NCBI GenBank assembly: GCA_045600105.1
Contig: JAZRXG010000007.1
Span: forward strand, 5,270 to 69,269
DNA: 64,000 bases
Reading direction: 5' to 3'
Source of the DNA: Eubacteriales bacterium
Lineage (GTDB): Bacteria; Bacillota; Clostridia; Oscillospirales; CAG-382
A program made the position numbers and the translations under genes. Position 1 is the first letter of the stretch. Each line of letters opens with the position of its first letter. Of this stretch, positions 9,398 to 17,154 are shown one piece after another. The notes under the pieces were generated by a model, which worked only from the letters and a program-made list of their open reading frames with translations, was not told the origin of the DNA and did no database searches.

Positions 9398-9415
9398 CTG
9401 CGGAAGAAGGATTTG
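9398..9415 (-). repeat. 18-bp duplicate of the tRNA-Gln 3' portion (att-like)
   Basis: ctgcggaagaaggatttg is identical to 9729-9746. Confidence 0.85.
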
Positions 9416-9473
9416 CTCTCGCGGCTCGACGCCTGCCCGTTCAAATATTTTTTACCATTGAATCGAATTATCA

Positions 9474-9693
9474 ATGATATATCGCCTGACGGCGATATGA
9501 TATACTTGCTTCGCAAGCATGATATATTTTCGCTCCGCTCAAATATGATATAATATCCGTTCCTTCATATGCCGAAGGCATATATCATCGCACGCAGTGC
9601 GATATCATACCGAAGGGATATCACCCGTTACGGCCCATTCCCCAAAACGGCAAAGCCGTTTCGGGGACCCCTTGGGGGCGGAACGGATATCAT
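9474..9693. repeat. Symmetric multi-hairpin intergenic element (REP/MITE-like or ncRNA)
   Basis: Four ATGATAT then four ATATCAY spacers separating short hairpins; 11-bp inverted repeat 9553-9563/9680-9690. Confidence 0.7.
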
Positions 9694-9725
9694 TGAAAAA
9701 AGACACCTGATGGTGTCTTTTTTCA
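9694..9725 (-). terminator. Terminator of the tRNA operon
   Basis: tgaaaaaagacacc-tgat-ggtgtcttttttca directly after the CCA end. Confidence 0.85.
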
Positions 9726-9799
9726 TGGCTGCGGAAGAAGGATTTGAACCCTCACAAACAGAGTCAGAGTCTGTCGTGCTGCCATTACACAATTCCGCA
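9726..9799 (-). tRNA. tRNA-Gln(CTG)
   Basis: TGCGGAATTGTGTAATGGCAGCACGACAGACTCTGACTCTGTTTGTGAGGGTTCAAATCCTTCTTCCGCAGCCA; anticodon CTG, encoded CCA. Confidence 0.95.
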
Positions 9800-9853
9800 A
9801 TTTATTATATTTTTACGCCGATTACATAAAATATAACGACGGGTGAATTCAAG

Positions 9854-9928
9854 TGGTGACCCGTAGGAGAATCGAACTCCTGTCTTCGCCGTGAGAGGGC
9901 GACGTCTTAGCCGCTTGACTAACAGGCC
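9854..9928 (-). tRNA. tRNA-Glu(CTC)
   Basis: GGCCTGTTAGTCAAGCGGCTAAGACGTCGCCCTCTCACGGCGAAGACAGGAGTTCGATTCTCCTACGGGTCACCA; anticodon CTC. Confidence 0.95.
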
Positions 9929-9947
9929 GTTTCAAATCAGCTTGATT

Positions 9948-9976
9948 ATATTATCACACACGCATACGTTTGTCAA
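9948..9976 (-). promoter_or_regulatory. SigA promoter of the tRNA pair
   Basis: TTGACA-17 nt-TAATAT on the minus strand. Confidence 0.7.
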
Positions 9977-10021
9977 TACATAATCGCAAAAAAATCAAAA
10001 AAATCTCGGAGGTGGGGCAAA

Positions 10022-11098
10022 ATTCTGCCGAAAGAACCCTACAAACGCATTCCCGTCATACTTTTTTACGCCGCGTTCTCGCTTGCGCTGCTTTTCGCGT
10101 TCTTCAAATGGCTGCTTCCCGTGTTTCTGCCGTTCTTCCTCGCGTGGACGACGGCGCTTTTTCTTCAGCCCGTCGTTTCAAAGCTCGCGTCGTCAAAGAT
10201 GCCGCGGCGTCTCGCGTCGGCGCTGCTCGTTTTTTTCACGGTCTCGCTTCTCGCGCTGCTTTGCTGGTTCGTTCTGTCGCGGCTATACAAGGAGCTTTCG
10301 CTTTTCGCGTCTGCCGCGGGCGACTTTTTCGCGCGGGCGTGGGACGACGAGGAGTACGCTTCACGCATAATTACCGAGATCGACTCCGCGCTCCCGTTTT
10401 TTCATTCGTCCGAATGGCTCGAAAGCGCGTGGAAAAGCCTCGGCGAACGCTTCAACGGCGCTTCCGTCGGGCTGATAACGTCGCTGACGACGCGCATCCT
10501 GCCCATCATCGGCGGCGTTCTGTCGTTTCTCCCCGACGCGATAATGTACGTTTTTGTTTTTTCGCTTTCGTGCTATTATTTCACTTTCGATTTCGATTTT
10601 ATCAACCGTTCGGTCTCGCGTCTGCTGCCGAACGGCGCCAAAAAATTCCTCTCAAACGCCAAAAAAGGGTTCAAGGGCACGCTCGGCGGACTGCTGAAAG
10701 CCTATTTTTTCATCATCCTCATCACGTTCACCGAGCTTTTCATCGCGCTGTCACTCATCGGCGTGCGCTATTCGCTCGTCATCGCGTTCCTCACGTCGCT
10801 CGTTGACATCCTTCCCGTGCTCGGAACGGGGACGGTGCTCATCCCGTGGGGGATATTTACCCTCGTTTTCGGACGGACGTCAAAGGGCATCGCGCTGCTC
10901 GTGACCTACGGCGTCATCACCGTCGTGAGGGAGATCATCGAGCCGAAGATCGTGGGGAAGACGATGGGCATCCATCCGCTTCTGACCCTCGTTTCGATGT
11001 ACGCGGGTCTGCGCTTTTTCGGCGTCATCGGGCTGCTCGCTTTTCCAATGCTCGCGACGTTCGCGAAAAATCTTGTCGTGCGGGGAAGCGAAAAGTGA
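10022..11098 (+). CDS. ytvI: Sporulation integral membrane protein YtvI (AI-2E family); start uncertain
   Basis: LPFFLAW...LQPVV, VDILPVLGTGTVLIPWG, VREIIEPKIVGKTMGIHPLLTLVSMYAG; frame open upstream of GTG 10121 to a GGAGGTG RBS at 10008-10014. Confidence 0.85.
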   Translation: MLPKEPYKRIPVILFYAAFSLALLFAFFKWLLPVFLPFFLAWTTALFLQPVVSKLASSKMPRRLASALLVFFTVSLLALLCWFVLSRLYKELSLFASAAGDFFARAWDDEEYASRIITEIDSALPFFHSSEWLESAWKSLGERFNGASVGLITSLTTRILPIIGGVLSFLPDAIMYVFVFSLSCYYFTFDFDFINRSVSRLLPNGAKKFLSNAKKGFKGTLGGLLKAYFFIILITFTELFIALSLIGVRYSLVIAFLTSLVDILPVLGTGTVLIPWGIFTLVFGRTSKGIALLVTYGVITVVREIIEPKIVGKTMGIHPLLTLVSMYAGLRFFGVIGLLAFPMLATFAKNLVVRGSEK

Positions 11099-11105
11099 TT
11101 TCCAT

Positions 11106-11134
11106 TTGACAAAAACGCCCGGCTGTGGTATTAT
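11106..11134 (+). promoter_or_regulatory. SigA promoter
   Basis: TTGACA-17 nt-TATTAT with TG extension. Confidence 0.7.
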
Positions 11135-11167
11135 CGTATCAACGAAAACGCAAGGACGTGCGACGAC

Positions 11168-11830
11168 ATGGAAAACAAAAAACCGCTTGGAAAAATCAAA
11201 AATTTCATCTGGGATTTCGACGGAACTCTGTTCGACACCTATCCGTATACGATAAACTGCTTCTGCGAAGCGGTGGAGAGGGTGAGCGGAAAACGCCCCG
11301 AATACCTTGAAATATACAAATATATGATGCAGACGATAGGTCACGCCTTCACCGCCTACAAGCAGCTCCTCGGCGATGAGAAGGACGCGGAGATACGTGA
11401 AGCCTACCGTTCCATACGCGTCCCCGGTCCCGGGACCGAGGGCGACCCCTTCCCGTACGCGAAGGAGCTGCTCGAACTCATCTGTGACAGCGGAAAAGCA
11501 AATTTTATGTTCACGCACCGCGTCAACGACGTTTATCCGTTCATGGACCACTGGGACATGAGAAAATATTTCACCCGCATCGTCACGCTCGCCGACGGAG
11601 TCAAGTCCAAGCCGTCGCCCGACGCGATATATCTGCTCATCAACGAATACGGGCTCGATCCCGCCGAGACGGTCATGATAGGCGACAGGGAGATCGACGT
11701 TCTTTCGGGCAAAAACGCGGGCGTGCTGAGCTGCCACGTGACGAACGGACTGCCCTACGACGATTTCGAAACGGACTACCGCGTCGGATCCATGAAAGAC
11801 ATTTACGAAGCGTTGGGCGGAAAGCTATGA
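11168..11830 (+). CDS. HAD-IA family hydrolase
   Basis: WDFDGTLFDT, KPSPD, IGDREID. Confidence 0.9.
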   Translation: MENKKPLGKIKNFIWDFDGTLFDTYPYTINCFCEAVERVSGKRPEYLEIYKYMMQTIGHAFTAYKQLLGDEKDAEIREAYRSIRVPGPGTEGDPFPYAKELLELICDSGKANFMFTHRVNDVYPFMDHWDMRKYFTRIVTLADGVKSKPSPDAIYLLINEYGLDPAETVMIGDREIDVLSGKNAGVLSCHVTNGLPYDDFETDYRVGSMKDIYEALGGKL

Positions 11831-12285
11831 ACAGGATGACGACACTCTGCTATCTCGAAAAAGACGGCAGATACCTGATGCTCCACCGCGTGAAGAAGAA
11901 AAACGACGAGAATCACGACAAATGGATAGGCGTCGGCGGACATTTTGAAGAAGGCGAGTCGCCCGAGGACTGCATGAAGCGCGAGATATCCGAGGAAACG
12001 GGCTTCACGCCGACGAAATGGCGCTGCCGCGGCGTCGTGACGTTCGTGTCCGACGTGTACCCGACCGAAGAAATGCACCTTTTCACCGTGACGGAGTGGA
12101 ACGGAGAGCAGAAAGAGTGCGACGAGGGCGTGCTCGAATGGATAGACAAATCGCGTCTTTTGTCGCTCCCGATGTGGGAGGGCGACAGGATATTTCTGTC
12201 GCTCATCGACTCCGAAGACACGCCGTTTTTCAGGCTTAAGCTCGTTTACGAGGGCGAAAAGCTCGTGGAAAGCATTAAGCTTTAA
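11827..12285 (+). CDS. NUDIX hydrolase (8-oxo-dGTP diphosphatase-like)
   Basis: Nudix box GGHFEEGESPEDCMKREISEETG. Confidence 0.9.
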   Translation: MNRMTTLCYLEKDGRYLMLHRVKKKNDENHDKWIGVGGHFEEGESPEDCMKREISEETGFTPTKWRCRGVVTFVSDVYPTEEMHLFTVTEWNGEQKECDEGVLEWIDKSRLLSLPMWEGDRIFLSLIDSEDTPFFRLKLVYEGEKLVESIKL

Positions 12286-12346
12286 GCAAAGCCTTAAGCC
12301 TTAAGCAAATAGGAAAGGATTTCCGCGGAAAGCGGAAATCCTTTTT
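12270..12346 (+). repeat. TTAAGCY-type heptamer array + hairpin element (terminator)
   Basis: agcattaagctttaagcaaagccttaagccttaagc then aaaggatttccgc-ggaaa-gcggaaatccttttt. Confidence 0.8.
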
Positions 12347-12366
12347 GCATTCAAGTGGACTTTCAA

Positions 12367-12579
12367 TCAGATATCGCTATATGCGTCGTTTATATTCTCG
12401 TAGACGCGATTCCCAGACTCAAGCATTTTTGCAATGATGGCATCTTCCAACTCATCATCAGATACCAGCAAAGCCATTTGAGTTTTCTTATTTGCGATCC
12501 CGTAACCGTATTCGGTATTGGCCAGAACCCAATCTGCTTTATCCGATTCCCATAGATATTTATACTCTTCAATGTTCAT
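12367..12579 (-). CDS. Small acidic hypothetical protein (possible second immunity protein)
   Basis: 70 aa, starts 5 nt after the upstream stop; last gene of the islet operon. Confidence 0.7.
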   Translation of the reverse strand: MNIEEYKYLWESDKADWVLANTEYGYGIANKKTQMALLVSDDELEDAIIAKMLESGNRVYENINDAYSDI

Positions 12580-12584
12580 ACCGA

Positions 12585-12908
12585 TTAATTCTCGTCTTCG
12601 GTGTCAATTTCGTCAGAGATCCCATCGTACATCTTATCACGGCTTTTCATTCGTTCTATCGTCGTCTCTCGGTTGTCCAACTCATAAAGAACGGCTTCAA
12701 TATTATTTGCAGTCAACTTCTCATAACAAGAGATTACTTTTTTGACCCCGAATCTATCGGCACATTCAAAACATAACAAATAATCGTTTTTGTCAATTCT
12801 TGCCTTTATCTCCGAAAATGGGTAGTTACAGTATTCTTTGATTATTTTTACGACAACTGCAAACGACGAATATGATTTAATTTTTAGTCCTACTATAAGA
12901 TTGAACAT
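12585..12908 (-). CDS. Putative immunity protein for the Tox-GHH nuclease
   Basis: 107 aa, TAATG overlap with the toxin stop, acidic C-terminus; function inferred from position. Confidence 0.7.
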   Translation of the reverse strand: MFNLIVGLKIKSYSSFAVVVKIIKEYCNYPFSEIKARIDKNDYLLCFECADRFGVKKVISCYEKLTANNIEAVLYELDNRETTIERMKSRDKMYDGISDEIDTEDEN

Positions 12909-13471
12909 TATTGTTTCCTCCCAAAATCATAAAATGTTGATTGCGAAATCGGTTTGCCAGGAGCAGCATTTTTGAAATTGCCGCCGTGCCATCCGTATAA
13001 GTGCTCATCAAAAGTTACAGGATATATTATTTCTCCTCGATTTGCTAAATGCGGATATTTTGAAGCACTATAAGTATGATGCCCCTGAATGGTTTTTCCA
13101 TTGAATTTTGGTCTCTCACCTCGCGCGATTGTTGCAAGTTGTTCGTCGTTCCAAGGCCGTGTTGTTTTTTGCCCAGAGAGTACCCGCATTTGCTCTGCAT
13201 TCCAAAAGCTGATAACTCCCATTTTTCTTCTTTCTGCAAATCGTTTATCAGAATCGTACAGTTTGAATTCTTCTTTTGTTGCAGTGCGTTTTTCTATTTT
13301 GGCCTTAATCTCTTTGCGCTGTTTTGCGGTTAGAGATTTTGTTCGTGGATGTTTACGAAGATCCAGCCCCTTTGTTCTTGAACGAATCACATCACTGCTT
13401 TTTAAGGCAGATGACAAGCTTTTCCTTGAACCTTCGGTCCCGCCGAACAGTCCGCTTCCGCTCTTACTCAT
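12908..13471 (-). CDS. Tox-GHH (HNH/EndoVII-fold) nuclease toxin without a recognisable delivery domain
   Basis: FWNAEQ...GQKTTRPWNDEQ...IQGHHTYSASKYPHLAN...EHLYGWHGGNFKN; ATG at 13471 after AGGAGG. Confidence 0.85.
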   Translation of the reverse strand: MSKSGSGLFGGTEGSRKSLSSALKSSDVIRSRTKGLDLRKHPRTKSLTAKQRKEIKAKIEKRTATKEEFKLYDSDKRFAERRKMGVISFWNAEQMRVLSGQKTTRPWNDEQLATIARGERPKFNGKTIQGHHTYSASKYPHLANRGEIIYPVTFDEHLYGWHGGNFKNAAPGKPISQSTFYDFGRKQ

Positions 13472-14204
13472 GGCTCTTCCTCCTTTCAAATGCACTTGAC
13501 ATTTGACTTTGGAAAGCCACGATATTGATGCCTTGCGATTTCAGATCGTCAAAGCATTTGTAATTGGCAGAGCCGTATACGATGATGGTGTGCGGCTGAA
13601 GCACACGGATCATTTTGCGCAGACCGCTTTCGAAGCGATCACGGTCCTCAATCTTGCGCGGACTGCCGCCGACCGTGCCGATACATACAATGCTGTTTTT
13701 CGGAATGCCGTCAAAACAATAGGAGAACGTTTCCTCCGTACCCCATCGGACGTTGTTGATGACGGCGATGCCGTTCCTGCCGAGCCAGTAGCCCATCAGA
13801 CGCATGCGGTATGTAGCGTAGATTTTGAGCGGTTCCGGAAAGTCCTGATATGTCGAGAAGTCGGGAGTGATAACCCCGGCAAAATGACAGAGAACAAAGA
13901 GCGCGTGCTCGGAGTCATGCCAGATTCCTCTCGGGCCGTCGAACTTGTAATCATCGATGTAGAAGCAGACGTACGCATCGCACTTGAAGTCACTCCCCGC
14001 AGAGATATTCTTCTTGTAGATCGCTTTCGCTTCTTCCCACGTTACAAGTGCGTGAGGGAGTTCGGTCGCGGTTGTCGGACAGAACGGAATGTCGTGGGGT
14101 GAATAGATCGCTCCGTCCGCCATGTAGGCGTTCCAAATGTCTTTCAACCCCGCTCTTGTGGTATTCATTTTACCACTTTGCGATTGGTAATTCAATAGGA
14201 ACAT
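13464..14204 (-). CDS. DUF4417 domain protein
   Basis: FYIDDYKFD, VITPDFSTYQDFP, INNVRWG, FDGIPKNS, IIVYG; GGAGG RBS. Confidence 0.85.
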   Translation of the reverse strand: MFLLNYQSQSGKMNTTRAGLKDIWNAYMADGAIYSPHDIPFCPTTATELPHALVTWEEAKAIYKKNISAGSDFKCDAYVCFYIDDYKFDGPRGIWHDSEHALFVLCHFAGVITPDFSTYQDFPEPLKIYATYRMRLMGYWLGRNGIAVINNVRWGTEETFSYCFDGIPKNSIVCIGTVGGSPRKIEDRDRFESGLRKMIRVLQPHTIIVYGSANYKCFDDLKSQGINIVAFQSQMSSAFERRKSHE

Positions 14205-14363
14205 TTTTATTTTCCTCCATTATGATAATTTGAGAAACTTTGTTTTCTCGCTTAGCATTATCTCACAATAAAGGAAAGTTAAAAATTTCCGGGTTTTTGA
14301 TAGGCATGCCGTATAAATTGATCAAAGTGGGAACAAACCTGGGTTGAACATATAATTAACATA

Positions 14364-14392
14364 TTGACACAATAGTTAATTTGTGTTATAAT
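14364..14392 (+). promoter_or_regulatory. Consensus SigA promoter with an overlapping inverted repeat (putative operator)
   Basis: TTGACA-17 nt-TATAAT; ACACAA...TTGTGT dyad spans the spacer. Confidence 0.8.
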
Positions 14393-14427
14393 ATCAATGA
14401 ACTACTACAATATAAGGAGTTGTGCAT

Positions 14428-14928
14428 ATGTATGATGAAACGCGCATGGGGAAGAACATCAAAAGAATAAGAAACGAAAAAAACTTAACACAGCAGCAAG
14501 TTGCGAGTGCATCGGGAATACAGAATACTGTAATAAGTGCATTTGAAAACGGAAAGAAGGTGCCGGGACTCATTACGTTGATCAAATTGTCGGAAGCAAT
14601 GAAAGTGTCTTTGGATGAATTGGTTTTCGGGACACCTGCCGACAGGATAATCACGACCGATGAAGAAGCGGAGGTGATTGTTCGCTGTGTATATGAACTG
14701 TGGAAGCGAAATATGATTTCCAAACCTTACGATATAATAAACAATGAATATTTTTCGACTGTGTCTTATGGTCTTGTAAGGTTCGGCTGTGCGTTTGCGA
14801 TAGACAGATTATTACAGCAGTTGAAGGATCATAAAGATAATGAAAGTACGTACTCTATGCCGGAAGAACACATAAAGCAGATATTGGAATCATCCGCAAA
14901 CGAAATCAAAAGGTCGATACAAAAATAA
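14428..14928 (+). CDS. XRE-family HTH regulator with a ~100-aa C-terminal domain of unknown function
   Basis: NIKRIRNEKNLTQQQVASASGIQNTVISAFENGKKVP; ATG at 14428 after AAGGAG. Confidence 0.85.
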   Translation: MYDETRMGKNIKRIRNEKNLTQQQVASASGIQNTVISAFENGKKVPGLITLIKLSEAMKVSLDELVFGTPADRIITTDEEAEVIVRCVYELWKRNMISKPYDIINNEYFSTVSYGLVRFGCAFAIDRLLQQLKDHKDNESTYSMPEEHIKQILESSANEIKRSIQK

Positions 14929-14952
14929 AAGCAAGCTGAAATGCTTGCTTTT
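14927..14952. terminator. Bidirectional terminator at the right edge of the islet
   Basis: aaaagcaagc-tgaaat-gcttgctttt. Confidence 0.75.
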
Positions 14953-14962
14953 ATTACGGCTT

Positions 14963-17080
14963 TTATTTTTTCTTTTTCCTCTTTATTATCGCGGCGCAGA
15001 CTGCTGCTGCGGCGATCACACCGGCGGCGATGGCGGCGTATCCCCAAGCGGGGAAGCCGTCTTTTTTGCTTTCGGCTTCGGAAACGTCTTCCGAAACGGG
15101 CTCGGACACTGTCTCCGATGGCTCTTCGCTGATTTCCTCCGCCTTGGCGACTGTTTTCACTATGACTTTTCTTACCGTTGTCACGCCGTTCGCCGTGATC
15201 TCGTATTCAATCACGTCGTCGCCGAGGTAGTCTTTTTTCGCATAATAGGTGAACGTCTTTGCGTCTGTCGAGAATGTGATCCTGCCGTGAGACGGGCGTG
15301 TTATTATTTTTGCCGAAGCCTGCCAGTCGCCTGCAAGGCACGTCGGGCATATGACTTTTTTGCCTGCTTCGACTTCAAACTCGCTTTCTGCGTCCGCCGA
15401 AAACGGGTCGTCGGGGAGGACGAGAGTACCTTTGATGAACTTGTACGTCGCGTCGTAGAGCCAGCGCATTTTCGAGTCGGACGACCTTGCGGCTCTGCCG
15501 AACACGGCGTCGCCGGCGCCGTTGTAATAGGCGTGCACCGTGTCGGTCATCAGCCCCGTGTTCGACGCCGAGTGCAGGTATTCGATATAATAATCGACGC
15601 GGTGGTCGAAATTCCATATAATGCCCGAGTCGATCTCCATCTCGATGCCGAGCCCGAACTGCTTTGCCGTTTGGTCAAAATCCGCCATCGCTCCCGCGGG
15701 ATCGTCCTGAAGTCCGGCGTCAAACGACACGTTGGGCTGCATCAGCACGGCGTCGAATCCGATCTCGTCGTGGCACTCGATGCCTTTTCCGTGATAATAC
15801 GGGATCATCACGCAAAGCAGGTCTTTTTCGTGCAGAAGCGAGCAGAAATCCTTGGCGTACTGCATTTCATAGGGGTATCTTTCGCCCGTTATGCCCTCGC
15901 TGTTGAAGAAAAATCCCTTGAAAACGAGGTTTTCGTATTTGTTTTCGCTGAATCTCTTTATACATTCGTCAACGAACCACTCGGTGACGGTCAGACAGTC
16001 GTCGTAGGTGGAAATTTTTTCGGCAGCGCCGTCGCCGTTGTAATCACCGAAGATCTTGCCGCTCGTTTTGGGGTAGGGGCAGGTGAGGTAGACAGATATC
16101 TTGTAATCGTCAAGTGAAAGCGCGGACTTCACGTCGTTCGCGGCTTCGTCGAGCGCGCGCAGGTTATAGGTGTCGGAAAAATACATATCGAGCATCAGCT
16201 GCCAGTCCGAATACACGGTAGTGCCGCCCGAAACATTGAGCCCTCCGCCCGACGGGCAGAGCCCCTGGATGATGAGGAACATCACCGAGTCGAACATCGT
16301 GTCGACTATCTGTCCCTTTTTGTCGAGGTAGGCGATGAAGGGAAGAAACGTCTCTTTTTTGTTGTTGACGAGCGTTTCGTCGTTGGGATAGTAGCCCGTG
16401 TGGAAAAGTATGATGTCCCTGTCGTCCCCGAGCGCGTTCCGTTCAAGGTAGCTTTCCTTTGACGGCGTTATTATCGGCGAGTAGTCGGTCGGCGGAACGA
16501 GGGACGTGCCTTTTTTGCCGAAAACCTCGATCTCGTCGATAAAGGTGTTGACCACGACGTCGAAATGTATGGCGACGTAGCGTCCGCAGACAGGCTCGAC
16601 GGGCATATCGTAGGTGATTATCGCGCAGGGTTTTTTCTCGTTGGTCCCGTAAGGCGCCGTGTTTCCGCTTTTTATTTCCGCTTCGGAATAGTTCACGCCG
16701 TCAGCCGAAACGAAAACGGTGACTTTTTCGGGCATCAGCACGCCCGCGGGGTTGTCGCTGATGAAGCGGGCTTTCACCCGGTCGATCTCGCGGTTTTCCC
16801 CGAGGTCGATCTTGACCGTTCTGCCGATGGCGCGGTAATATTTGACGAAAGCGGGATCGCTCCAGCTGTTTCTGCCGTATTTGCCGTCGGTGAGCTTCAC
16901 GCCGTCGTCAACGTCGCGCTCCGCGTAGCTTCCGCCGTTCGCAACATCGGTCTCCACGGTGTACGGTCTGCCGAGAGCAAGGTTTTCCGTTTCTTCGTTT
17001 TTTTCGTTTTCGGCTGCCGCGCCGAACGCGGGCAGCAGCATTGATAACGCAAGCATAATACAGATCATCGCTTTCTTCAT
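14963..17080 (-). CDS. Secreted, C-terminally anchored DUF4855 protein with N-terminal discoidin/F5-8-like and C-terminal Ig-like domains
   Basis: Signal peptide MKKAMICIMLALS; NLALGRPY..KLTDG; MFDSVMFL, QPN, GIEMEID; TM helix + KRKKKK tail. Confidence 0.8.
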   Translation of the reverse strand: MKKAMICIMLALSMLLPAFGAAAENEKNEETENLALGRPYTVETDVANGGSYAERDVDDGVKLTDGKYGRNSWSDPAFVKYYRAIGRTVKIDLGENREIDRVKARFISDNPAGVLMPEKVTVFVSADGVNYSEAEIKSGNTAPYGTNEKKPCAIITYDMPVEPVCGRYVAIHFDVVVNTFIDEIEVFGKKGTSLVPPTDYSPIITPSKESYLERNALGDDRDIILFHTGYYPNDETLVNNKKETFLPFIAYLDKKGQIVDTMFDSVMFLIIQGLCPSGGGLNVSGGTTVYSDWQLMLDMYFSDTYNLRALDEAANDVKSALSLDDYKISVYLTCPYPKTSGKIFGDYNGDGAAEKISTYDDCLTVTEWFVDECIKRFSENKYENLVFKGFFFNSEGITGERYPYEMQYAKDFCSLLHEKDLLCVMIPYYHGKGIECHDEIGFDAVLMQPNVSFDAGLQDDPAGAMADFDQTAKQFGLGIEMEIDSGIIWNFDHRVDYYIEYLHSASNTGLMTDTVHAYYNGAGDAVFGRAARSSDSKMRWLYDATYKFIKGTLVLPDDPFSADAESEFEVEAGKKVICPTCLAGDWQASAKIITRPSHGRITFSTDAKTFTYYAKKDYLGDDVIEYEITANGVTTVRKVIVKTVAKAEEISEEPSETVSEPVSEDVSEAESKKDGFPAWGYAAIAAGVIAAAAVCAAIIKRKKKK

Positions 17081-17154
17081 AAGTCTGCCTCCGATGGATG
17101 GTATACGGATATAATACAGTAATGAGGGGAAAAAGTCAACGAAAAGGATGAAAA

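Noticed and set aside
9474-9693. Possible CRISPR array
   Set aside because: The repeats are only 7 bp, switch orientation midway, the intervening sequences are self-complementary, and there are no cas genes.
9569-9829. 86-aa ORF
   Set aside because: Runs through the hairpin element and antisense across tRNA-Gln; not a credible protein.
12350-14950. Prophage or IS interpretation of the islet
   Set aside because: No integrase, transposase, structural genes or terminal repeats were found.
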